64,000 nucleotides of DNA from an uncultured delta proteobacterium. Lineage in GTDB: Bacteria; Desulfobacterota; Desulfobacteria; Desulfobacterales; B30-G6. The stretch is taken from assembly GCA_963823335.1 (NCBI GenBank), contig CAWGLD010000001.1, positions 1,152,001 through 1,216,000 of the forward strand. The letters run 5' to 3'. Numbering within the stretch: the stretch's first letter is position 1; the number at the start of each line of letters is the position of its first letter. The position numbers and the translations under genes were made by a program. Below are positions 30,582-39,300 of the stretch, piece by piece. Under the pieces are notes generated by a model. It made no database searches, was not told where the DNA came from, and saw only the letters and a program-made list of their open reading frames with translations.

Positions 30582-31229
30582 ATGAGGTATCCGATGTCAA
30601 GATATACCATCTCACTGATATTAATCTGGATGATCATCGCGCTGACCGGGTGCGTCGGGGTGCAAAATATTGGAAGAGATGGAGATTCCAATGTCACGGA
30701 GCCGGTATCCTGGCCCCGGCCGTTCTTTTTGACTGTGGGGGAACACCAAACAGCCCCTGGTCTTTCGGTTGTCTATTTCTATAAAAAAATCAGGCATATC
30801 GATGAAATGTCAAATGATCAATGGACGGCAAAAAATGGTGTGTCTGGCGAACCGATCCCCATAATCGCCCATCAATTCGGGAATGGTGAAGTGTTCGGCA
30901 GCGGAGAAAGGCAGGGGGTTTGTGTGCAGATGCAGGGCTATCTGAATTTTAAGGAACCCGGGATATACCTGATCAAAGCCAACAGCAACGACGGCATTCG
31001 GGTATTTCTGGACAACAAAATGATCCTCAACGATCCGGACCAACATTCAGCGCGTTTTACATCGAAGGCAGAGATCGAGATCAAGCAACCGGGTCACTAT
31101 AGCATCCTGGTGCGGTACTTTCAGAGAAAAGGAACGGCAACCCTGGAAATGTACTGGAAAACACCCGCAACCGAAAGCTTTGACATTATACCGGCCATGG
31201 CTTATTCACACGATAGTAATGCATCCTGA
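30582..31229 (+). CDS. PA14 domain lipoprotein
   Basis: AAGGAGG RBS; lipobox ALTGC; GYLNFKEPGIY, SNDGIRVFLD, YFQRKG, LEMYWKTP. Confidence 0.82.
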   Translation: MRYPMSRYTISLILIWMIIALTGCVGVQNIGRDGDSNVTEPVSWPRPFFLTVGEHQTAPGLSVVYFYKKIRHIDEMSNDQWTAKNGVSGEPIPIIAHQFGNGEVFGSGERQGVCVQMQGYLNFKEPGIYLIKANSNDGIRVFLDNKMILNDPDQHSARFTSKAEIEIKQPGHYSILVRYFQRKGTATLEMYWKTPATESFDIIPAMAYSHDSNAS

Positions 31230-31307
31230 TGAACCGCAATAGCCTGCAAATCAAAATCAGATAGAATTCCTTACGGTCGCTGCTTCGCATGCTGCGCGGT
31301 TCTTCAA
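31229..31307. repeat. TTGAA...TTCAA repeat, copy 2 (divergent middle)
   Basis: tgaaccgcaatagc...gcttcgcatgctgcgcggttcttcaa matches the ends of the 53018 copy. Confidence 0.7.
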
Positions 31308-31336
31308 TCCATTCCTTCCAATATAAGGGGATAGCG

Positions 31337-33718
31337 ATGTTCCGCCCTGTTTCGATTCGAATCAATATTCTCACCAATTTTATACTTGTTATCGTTTTGA
31401 TCGCTGTTTCACTGCTGGGAATGCAGTACTTTTTCAGCCAGCAGTTGGCCATGTCGGCAACGCATAAAAGTTTTGTTCAAACAGCCCGGCAGGTGACCCA
31501 GCATATTCAAGCCCGTGATGCCCTGGCAAAAAACATGCTCTACCTCACGGAATTCTATCCAGAGCTGACGCTCCCGCCCACGGACCCGCGTCATAGCGAT
31601 ACCATTAAGCGCTTTACCGTCAACATGCAACGCGCCACCCATATCTATGCTATGTATATCGGGCATCCTAATGGCGACTTTTTTGAAGTGGTCAATATGG
31701 AAAGTGCCGCTGTGCTGCATACCCATTTCAAGGCACCTTCGGAAACGCGCTGGACGATCATCAAAATATTTGATTCCCCCCAGGGCAGAGTGCTACAATT
31801 TGATTTTCTGAACAGCGCATTGCAGCTGATTTCAACCCGTTCAGAGTCTTCTGAATATCGGGCCAATGAACGGCCATGGTTCCAGCAGGCGTATCAAAGT
31901 GACAACGTGGTGCGGACGGATCCCTATTTATTTTCTCACCTCCAACAAAAAGGGATTACTTTTGCCAAAGTGATCAATGGTTCCCAATCTGTTCTGGCCA
32001 TTGACCTTACCCTTAAAAGGCTTAACGATCTTTTATATGAACAGAAATTTGGTCCAAGCAGTGAGGTCGTGATGTTCGGCAGGGATGGCAGTATTATCGC
32101 GTCATCTGACCTCCGGGCGCCAGATGAAAAGAGCGATGCCTTTCTTGTCCAGGCCCTTGAAAAAGGTCAAACAGACCATCTCCTTCGCTATAAAGAGCAT
32201 GGTGAGGATCTGTTTGCCATGGTCACGACCCTTTCGACTGAAATAAGTACCGATACCCACCTTGGCATCAGCATCGATGCGGATGTCATGCTCAAGCCTT
32301 ACCACGAAAAAATTGTTTATTCCTTGGTCATTGCCGCCATATTCCTGTTTTTGGCAATGCCACTGATCTTCTATACAACCTCGCGTATCGTCAGACCAAT
32401 CAAGGAGCTCATGTTCCAAAATGATAAAATCAAAGCACGCCATTTTGATGAAGTTACACCGATCAAGACCCGTATCTCAGAACTGATTGATCTTTCCGCT
32501 TCGCTGGTTTCCATGACCAAGAGCATCCAGGCCTACCAAAAGGCGCAAGCGGAACTGATGGATTCCTTTATCAAGCTTATCGCTGATGCCATCGATGCCA
32601 AGTCACCTTATACAGGTGGGCACTGTCAACGGGTCCCGGAAGTCGCTATGCTGCTGGCGAAAGCCGCCCATGCTGTAAATGACGGCCCTTTTAAGGCTTT
32701 CCGTTTTGACAATGATGAGGCCTGGAGAGAGTTTGAGACCGGCGCCTGGCTGCATGACTGCGGTAAAGTGACGACGCCCGAGTACGTCGTCGACAAGGCA
32801 ACCAAACTCGAAACCATCCACAACCGGATTCATGGAATCCGGACCCGTTTTGAAGTGATCTGGCGCGATATCGAGATAGAGGCATATGAGCGGCGTCTTC
32901 AGGGTGAAGATGAAATACAGATCAGCACCTGGAAACAAGAAACGCAGCAGGCCCTTGTGGATGATTTTGCTTTTATTGCCGAGTGCAATATCGGCGGAGA
33001 GTTTATGAGTCAGGAGAAACAGGAACGTATCAAAAGTATTGCAGGCCGAACCTGGATACGCCACTTTGATGATCGACTCGGCCTTTCAGACGCTGACATG
33101 CTGCAGTATGAGGGAATTGAAGTGATTCCAGTTCCGGCTGTCGAGCAACTTATGAGCGACAAGCCCGAGCACCTTGTTAAACGACCCAACTTTGACGGGG
33201 AAGCCTACCGCAAACAGGGCTTCAAGCTGGAAGTTCCTGAATTCCTATATAACCATGGTGAAATCTATAACCTCTGTATTGAAAAAGGGACCCTCACGCC
33301 TGAAGAGCGTTTCAAGATCAACGAACATGTCATCATGAGCATCAAAATGTTAGAGCGACTGCCCTATCCTGAAAATATGGAACAGATACCGGAGTATGCC
33401 GGTACCCACCATGAAACCATGATCGGCACAGGATATCCGCGACGGCTTCACAAGGAGGATCTTTCGATACCTGCACGTATCATGGTCATTGCCGATATTT
33501 TTGAAGCTCTGACCGCTTCAGACCGACCATATAAAAAGGGTAAAACACTTTCCCAAGCAATCAAGATAATGCATTTTATGAAAAAAGACGAGCATATCGA
33601 TGCAGAGCTCTTTGACCTATTTTTAACTTCGGGGGTCCATCTCGAGTATGCAAAACGCTATCTGAAACCCGAGCAGGTTGATGAAGTGAAGATAGAAGCG
33701 GAGCCTTCAAACCCGTGA
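31337..33718 (+). CDS. HD-GYP phosphodiesterase with periplasmic Cache-like sensor and HAMP
   Basis: Two TM segments, RPWFQQA, SPYTGGHC, WLHDCGK, HHETMIGTGYP, ADIFEALTASDRPYK. Confidence 0.92.
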   Translation: MFRPVSIRINILTNFILVIVLIAVSLLGMQYFFSQQLAMSATHKSFVQTARQVTQHIQARDALAKNMLYLTEFYPELTLPPTDPRHSDTIKRFTVNMQRATHIYAMYIGHPNGDFFEVVNMESAAVLHTHFKAPSETRWTIIKIFDSPQGRVLQFDFLNSALQLISTRSESSEYRANERPWFQQAYQSDNVVRTDPYLFSHLQQKGITFAKVINGSQSVLAIDLTLKRLNDLLYEQKFGPSSEVVMFGRDGSIIASSDLRAPDEKSDAFLVQALEKGQTDHLLRYKEHGEDLFAMVTTLSTEISTDTHLGISIDADVMLKPYHEKIVYSLVIAAIFLFLAMPLIFYTTSRIVRPIKELMFQNDKIKARHFDEVTPIKTRISELIDLSASLVSMTKSIQAYQKAQAELMDSFIKLIADAIDAKSPYTGGHCQRVPEVAMLLAKAAHAVNDGPFKAFRFDNDEAWREFETGAWLHDCGKVTTPEYVVDKATKLETIHNRIHGIRTRFEVIWRDIEIEAYERRLQGEDEIQISTWKQETQQALVDDFAFIAECNIGGEFMSQEKQERIKSIAGRTWIRHFDDRLGLSDADMLQYEGIEVIPVPAVEQLMSDKPEHLVKRPNFDGEAYRKQGFKLEVPEFLYNHGEIYNLCIEKGTLTPEERFKINEHVIMSIKMLERLPYPENMEQIPEYAGTHHETMIGTGYPRRLHKEDLSIPARIMVIADIFEALTASDRPYKKGKTLSQAIKIMHFMKKDEHIDAELFDLFLTSGVHLEYAKRYLKPEQVDEVKIEAEPSNP

Positions 33719-33782
33719 GGCGCTTTCATTGGCGAAACGTCCTGTTTGTCAATATGCCCATGGTGAAGAGATTTTTATTTCT

Positions 33783-34922
33783 TCAGGCTCTCAAACGTTT
33801 GATAGCGCATGTTACGACATCGATGGCCGTTTCGATCTGTTCCGGTGTCGTCATGCGGCCGGTGGAAAAGCGTAGCGTCCCTTTGGCCCATTCCAGGGGA
33901 ATCTGCATGGCCTCCAGAACATGGGATAGCGTCACCGTGCCTGAATGACAGGCGGCGCCAGCGGAGGCCGCCACTTCCAGGCCGATCTCCTCCAATATGC
34001 GGTTGGCCTCAAGACCCTTGAAAGAGAGGCTCAGGGTGTTGGGCAGGCGTAAATCAGGATGGCCATTGAGGCGCATGTTATCCAACTGTGCCGACAGGCC
34101 GTTGTGCAGCCTGTCGCGCATGGCCGTTAAATAGCTTCCGGTGTAGTCGAGGCTGGCATCGGCCATCTCGCAGGCTTTGCCCAGACCCACGATCTCCAGT
34201 ACATTTTCGGTGCCTGCGCGCCACCCCATCTCCTGGCCTGCCCCATGGCAGAATTTTTCCGGTAACAATCCCTTTTTGATGTATAAGGCACCGATCCCCT
34301 TGGGGGCGTATATTTTGTGTCCGGCGATGGAGAGCAGGTCTATGTTCATTTCCTGAACATCTGTTGCAATTTTTCCTGCGCTTTGGGCCGCATCGGTGTG
34401 GATACAGATGCCTTTCTGTCTGGCCAGCAGGGCAATATCCCGTATGGGCTGAAGGGTTCCCACCTCGTTGTTGGCATGCATAATGGTAATCAATATCGTG
34501 TCCGATCGAATGGCGGCCGCAATATTTTCCAGGCTGACCATACCGGTATCATCCACATCCACGCGGGTGGTATCGAAACCCTCGTTCTTAAGATATTCGC
34601 AGACTTCCAAAACTGCCGGGTGCTCCACGGTGCTGGTGATGATATGGCGGCCTTTGTTCTTCAGGACCCTGGCCATTCCCTTGATGGCGTGGTTGTTGGA
34701 TTCGGTGCCACCGGAGGTAAAAAGGACTTCCTCTGCCTGGCAATTGAGCATATCTGCCACCTGCTGCCGGGCTTTTTCCACGGCTCTCTTGGGGCGGATA
34801 CCGTACCAATGAGAACTGGACGGATTACCGAATTCGGTTTCCAGGAACGGCCGCATGGCCGCAATCACCTCCGGGTCATGGGGTGTGGTACCGTTGTAGT
34901 CCAGATAGATGGGCTGAACCAT
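33783..34922 (-). CDS. Cysteine desulfurase/selenocysteine lyase family (class V PLP)
   Basis: YLDYNGTTP, FTSGGTESNN, HTDAAQ, GHKIYAPKG, SAGAACHSG; GGAGG RBS before ATG 34922. Confidence 0.92.
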   Translation of the reverse strand: MVQPIYLDYNGTTPHDPEVIAAMRPFLETEFGNPSSSHWYGIRPKRAVEKARQQVADMLNCQAEEVLFTSGGTESNNHAIKGMARVLKNKGRHIITSTVEHPAVLEVCEYLKNEGFDTTRVDVDDTGMVSLENIAAAIRSDTILITIMHANNEVGTLQPIRDIALLARQKGICIHTDAAQSAGKIATDVQEMNIDLLSIAGHKIYAPKGIGALYIKKGLLPEKFCHGAGQEMGWRAGTENVLEIVGLGKACEMADASLDYTGSYLTAMRDRLHNGLSAQLDNMRLNGHPDLRLPNTLSLSFKGLEANRILEEIGLEVAASAGAACHSGTVTLSHVLEAMQIPLEWAKGTLRFSTGRMTTPEQIETAIDVVTCAIKRLRA

Positions 34923-34924
34923 CT

Positions 34925-35110
34925 TTATGCCTCCTTTTGAGGGACCGAAAATCCCAGGTCGAAGATGCGATGGCAGGCCGGGCATATGAATAGCCACTCT
35001 GTCTTGTCACCCGATTTTTGAAACATGGAATGGAATCCGTCCCCGTAGCTGCAGACGGGGCAATCCTTGAAGGTCTGATGCATGTCAATTTTCATGATGT
35101 CTTGATCCAT
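34925..35110 (-). CDS. Small CxxC...CxxC zinc-ribbon-like protein (61 aa)
   Basis: GGAGG RBS; CPVC..GDGFH and ICPACH; ends 2 nt before the desulfurase start. Confidence 0.7.
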   Translation of the reverse strand: MDQDIMKIDMHQTFKDCPVCSYGDGFHSMFQKSGDKTEWLFICPACHRIFDLGFSVPQKEA

Positions 35111-35270
35111 TTTAAGCCTCCTTGATAATCGGTTGGGAAAAGGATAGCTGAAAAATGGGTCCATCGCAATCACAAGTTCGCCCCGACTAACTTCACATCG
35201 GCTCAAATGGTTGCATGCGTTTTAAAACGCTATAGCTGAACTTCTAGGTGTTTACAGGGGCTGAATTCCA

Positions 35271-35299
35271 TTGACCATGCTGGTGTATAAAGGTATTCA
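35271..35299 (+). promoter_or_regulatory. Candidate sigma70 promoter for mtbB
   Basis: TTGACC-N17-TATTCA. Confidence 0.35.
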
Positions 35300-35415
35300 T
35301 TCTTTCAAATGTTGAACCGAAAAAGAGAGGCACCCCAGCGACGTGTTGGTACGTGGCGGAATTTCCGGCTTGTCTGGACCGCAGGATTCTTTATTTCCCA
35401 AATAAGGAGAGACAT

Positions 35416-36798
35416 ATGAATAAAATTATATCCCGGATGGGTGATGGTTGGTTGGTGGCGTTCAGTGAGCAGGAATTGAAACGGGAGTTGGAGGAAGGCA
35501 CGCAGGATGCCGCCGCTCAGGGTGATATTGACCCGCTGCTCGAAGATGAATTGGAATATCTCTTTGAAATTTGTCGGTCGGGCAACAAAATGACAGGGGT
35601 TGAAGCCGGCCGAGAGGTTGTCCTCTCCTACGATGGTCCGACGTTTGAAATTAGACGACTGGGGATCCTGGCGAACCGTCAGACGGCATTGCAAATATAT
35701 GAAAGATGTTTTGGTGCCGACACCCTAGAATTTTCCCATATTGATTACAGCTATAAACAGGTGAAACCCATTGTGCATGAGGAGCTGCCCCTCTTTGAAC
35801 AGCTTCAATCCTTGACCGTAGCGCCCATGCTCTATGGCGCCATGCCCAATTTAGGGCTGTACACAAAACCAGACGGCCCGGTTGCCAACCCGAGTGAGTT
35901 GATGCCCCAGGGAAAAATAAAGGATGCCCAGGAGGCTTATGAAGAGGCCGTTGAAATGTCTGTGAACGACATGGTTTTTGTCGCTTCAAAGTTTTATGAG
36001 GCTGGTTGTGACGGTATCAATATCGACACCGTAGGGGCCTCTGGCGACCCTGATTTTAAAGCGGCTCTGTTAGCGACAGAAGCGCTCAGGAATAAATATC
36101 CCGATATCAATATTGAAATTGGAATGGCAGGTGAATTTGTTCTGGGTATGCATGGAGAGATGACACACAACGGGAGACGATTGGCCGGCATGTATCCCCA
36201 TGAACAGGTTAAGCTGGTGGAGGAGGCCGGTGCCCACATATTTGGGGCCGTGGTAAACACACAGACACGCCAGTCCTTTCCCTGGAATCTGGCCAGATCA
36301 GTGACCTTTAGTAAAGCATGCACAGCGGCAGCCAATATCCCAGTACACGGTAATATGGGGATGGGCGTCGGTTCACTGCCCGTTTGCGAGATGCAACCGG
36401 CTGAAACGGTATCCATGGCCTCCAAGGCAATGGTCGAAATTGCCCGTCTTGATGGCTTGTAGGTTGGCACCGGTGATCCTGCCGGTGTGGCCATTACACA
36501 TGCCATGACCTCGGGAATGGGTGGAATACGGACCACAGGAGATCTTGTGGCTCGGATGCAAATTTCGCGGGGCATGAAAATTGGTAAGGCCAAACAATAT
36601 GTAGCAGAAAAATTGGGTGTATCCATCCAGGATATACACGATGCAGTGGCTATGCGAGAGACACGGGAAGACCTCCGTATCGGTGTACTGCAATCGTTGC
36701 CTGGTCACCCAAAAGGCATTGAAGCCAAGTACAATATTGCCAGAGTACTCGGAATTGAATTGAATTCCTTACGTTCTTCAAAAGTCCGTATCGGATGA
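35416..36798 (+). CDS. mtbB: Pyrrolysine-containing dimethylamine:corrinoid methyltransferase (460 aa, TAG at 36460-36462 = codon 349)
   Basis: AAGGAG RBS; SRMGDG, HIDYSYKQVKP, YGAMPNLGLY, WNLARSVTF, GMGVG. Context ..[41 protein letters not shown] continues MtbB homology in the same frame. Confidence 0.93.
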
Positions 36799-36932
36799 GC
36801 CGGCAAAGATCAGTCTGAATCACAACAGAGACTGCACTCCTGTGGCTTGTCGTGTCTGCAAGGCTCTGCTTTGTGCTTTTTGTCAACAGCGGCCCCAAAT
36901 TCTCCAGGCTAAGAATAAACCTTAGGAAAAAA

Positions 36933-36962
36933 TTGACTTCATGGAGAATGAAACGCTATAAT
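36933..36962 (+). promoter_or_regulatory. Candidate sigma70 promoter for mttB
   Basis: TTGACT-N18-TATAAT. Confidence 0.55.
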
Positions 36963-37067
36963 TTCCAGCAACAGGCGAGCGCAACCGGCCAGGGGGATGT
37001 AATAGCGGTTCCCCCTGGTCAAACCCCTGCCCCATAGTATCATTTGTGGTATTGAAAGCCGTTGAGG

Positions 37068-37150
37068 TTGAAGAACCTCGCAGCAGGCTACGAGGAATGT
37101 TCCGCCTTACGGCAGAACCTACGGGGTTAGCGCTCGCTGTTGCGGTTCGG
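37068..37150. repeat. TTGAA...TTCAA repeat, copy 3 (reverse orientation)
   Basis: Reverse complement gaaccgcaacagcgagcgctaaccccgtaggttctgccg... closely matches the 53018 and 5300 copies. Confidence 0.8.
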
Positions 37151-37224
37151 ATTTGGATTCGAGTGTTTCAAGTTTACACTGCTGTAGACAGGATTACTAA
37201 AGATGTCCAAAAAAGGAGAATAAT

Positions 37225-38718
37225 ATGCCAATCGAAACAATAGCCCAGGCAGTAAAAAAATGCGGTGTTGCCATCGAGCCGGCCGTGTCTTTTCGACTGC
37301 AGTGCCTGAGCGATGAGGACTGCCGGAGAATCCATAATGCCACATTGGAAGTCCTGGATCAAACCGGCATTTTTGTTCCCAGCAACAGGGCAACGGAAAT
37401 TTTTGCAGATCATGGCGCCAGGGTGAACAAACACGATCGGCGGGTGTTTTTATCGGCGCACATCGTCGAAAAAGCACTGTCCACCATTCCCGATCAAATT
37501 CGAATCCCCGGACGGGAGCGATCACGGGACTACATCATGGGGGGAGAGTCCCTGGGCTTTATCAATTTCGGGACCACGGTGTTTATAAACGATTTAGCCA
37601 CGGGTGAACGACGTAAATCGACCAAGGAAGATGTGGCCCAGGCGACCCGCGTTTTGGACGCGTTAAACAGCATTGATATATTGATCACCGTATTGAGCTG
37701 TACAGAAAAATCTTCTATGACCGAAACCATGCACGCCACGGCAGCCATGCTCGCAAACACGACCAAACCGGTGGAAGCGGTACCCCCCACGGCCAATTTA
37801 ATTCCCAAAATGGCCCTGATGGGAGAGGCGGCTGTCGGCAGAGATGTCTTTTGCAAAAATCCGTTCTTCTTTACCGGGGTTTGCGTTGTGAGCCCTTTAC
37901 AACTGGTGGACGAGTGCAGTGAAGTGCTGCTGGCATCTGTGGAACATAATTTTGTCACCAGTGTCCTCTCCATGTGCCTGGCCGGAGGGACATCGCCCAT
38001 CCATCTTGCAGGAACAGTGGTCCAGCACAATGCCGAAGTGCTAAGCGGGCTGATTTTGGGACAACTTCTGAAGCCCGGTGCGCCCATGATATACAGCAGC
38101 TCCACCACATCGATGGATATGCTTTTTGGCACCGCTGCCGTCGGGTCCGTGGAAGGCGCTATCCTGAACGCGACCCTGGCCCGCATGGGTCGCTATTACC
38201 ACATACCCGTAAGGGTATCGGGCGGGTAGGTGGACAGTAAACTATGTGACGCCCAAACCGGTTACGAGTCCTTGCTTACAGCGCTTCTTCCCTCATTGGC
38301 AGGTGCCAATCTGGTTTATGGAGCAGGCATGCTGGACAGCGGAATGGTTCTGGATTACGGCAAAATGATTCTTGATGATGAGATCAATCATACTATCAAG
38401 CGCATCGTTAAAGGGGTGCAGGTTACGGAAACATCGCTTTCGGCGGACCTTATCAAGGAGGTAGGGCACACCGGGAATTATTTGACGCATCCGAGCACCT
38501 TGGAGCACTTTTCCGAGTTGGTACAACCCAAACTTATGAACCGGGAAAACTATGAAAACTGGTCGGCCAAAGGTCGAACCGACGTGCACGAAAGGGCATT
38601 GGAAAGAGCCAGGGAACTGGTGGCGAATCATCAGCCTCAGCCTATCAGCGAAAAGGCGCAAAAAGAAATCGATGAAATCATCCGCGAGACTGAAAAAGAA
38701 CTCGATGTGGACAGTTGA
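37225..38718 (+). CDS. mttB: Pyrrolysine-containing trimethylamine:corrinoid methyltransferase (497 aa, TAG at 38227-38229 = codon 335)
   Basis: AAGGAG RBS; IHNATLEVL, VSPLQL, LAGGTSPIHLAGTVVQHNAEVLSG, PGAPMIY. Context VSGG-TAG-VDSKLCDAQTGYE..LAGANLVYGAGML continues in frame. Confidence 0.93.
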
Positions 38719-38767
38719 AGAGTCCTCGCAGCAAGTTACGGGTAACGCGCTCACTGTTGCGGTTCAA
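38715..38767. repeat. TTGAA...TTCAA repeat, copy 4; supplies the mttB TGA stop
   Basis: ttgaagagtcctcgcagcaagttacgggtaacgcgctcactgttgcggttcaa; same orientation as copy 3. Confidence 0.8.
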
Positions 38768-38775
38768 CCAACAGG

Positions 38776-38906
38776 GTCACGGGTTCGACAGGGTCGAATC
38801 GATGCATCTTGAAATAGGAGAGAAAGGGTTTCGCGATACAGATGCAAACGCCGTCAAAACAGCCAAAATTATCGCGACTGCCTTGAACGGCATCAGCTTA
38901 CACTAA
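38776..38906 (+). pseudogene. Possible decayed C-terminal remnant of a methyltransferase corrinoid protein (MttC/MtbC-like)
   Basis: VTGSTGSNRCI, then a frameshift, then EIGEKGFRDTDANAVKTAK resembles the B12-binding domain end GGAPVS..W.EEIGADG..E.A..AVK.AK; judged by eye only. Confidence 0.4.
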
Positions 38907-39012
38907 GCGCGTGGTTGGCCGCAGCGAGGGTCATCAATAATTGAAAAACAGATCATCGAGTAAATGAATCCTCAGGCATCAAGGTCAGAGCTGACTTTTT
39001 ATTAAGTCCAAT

Positions 39013-39032
39013 TAGTAAAGGACGTCCCTAAA
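39013..39032. repeat. Left copy of 20-bp inverted repeat (tagtaaaggacgtccctaaa)
   Basis: 17/20 identical to the reverse complement of 39592-39611. Confidence 0.6.
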
Positions 39033-39069
39033 ATCTCTAAAAGTTTCGGGAGAGAGGAGGAAATACGTT

Positions 39070-39252
39070 ATGCGTGGTGTTTTCATCATCGTTACCCTTA
39101 TCGCAATGCTATTCGCCGTATTTCTGGTTGTCAGGAACTTAAAAACAGACACTGTCGATGGTGTAGACAAAATGGAAACCATCCAAAAGGCGAAAGATAC
39201 CGCCGATATTGTCGATAATGGGGTCAAGAAAATGAAAAAAGCAATGGAGTAA
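39070..39252 (+). CDS. Small single-TM hypothetical protein (60 aa)
   Basis: GAGGAGG RBS; N-terminal hydrophobic helix followed by an amphipathic tail. Confidence 0.65.
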   Translation: MRGVFIIVTLIAMLFAVFLVVRNLKTDTVDGVDKMETIQKAKDTADIVDNGVKKMKKAME

Positions 39253-39300
39253 AATCATAACAATGCATTGGTCCAACGCTACAGTGGCGGTTGATTTATC

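Noticed and set aside
33730-33785. Selenocysteine readthrough of the desulfurase TGA into a SelD-like fusion
   Set aside because: The downstream frame (RNKNLFTMGILTNRTFRQ) stops after 18 codons, shows no SelD similarity, and runs toward the convergent HD-GYP gene.
35353-38718. Treating the four ORF-track pieces as separate genes or nonsense pseudogenes
   Set aside because: Each pair is in one frame, split by a single TAG at the known Pyl column, with intact homology on both sides.
36799-39070. tRNA-Pyl (pylT) near the methyltransferases
   Set aside because: No cloverleaf with a CUA anticodon was found by eye; the ctctaaa at ~39035 has no flanking stems. A covariance search would be needed to exclude it fully.
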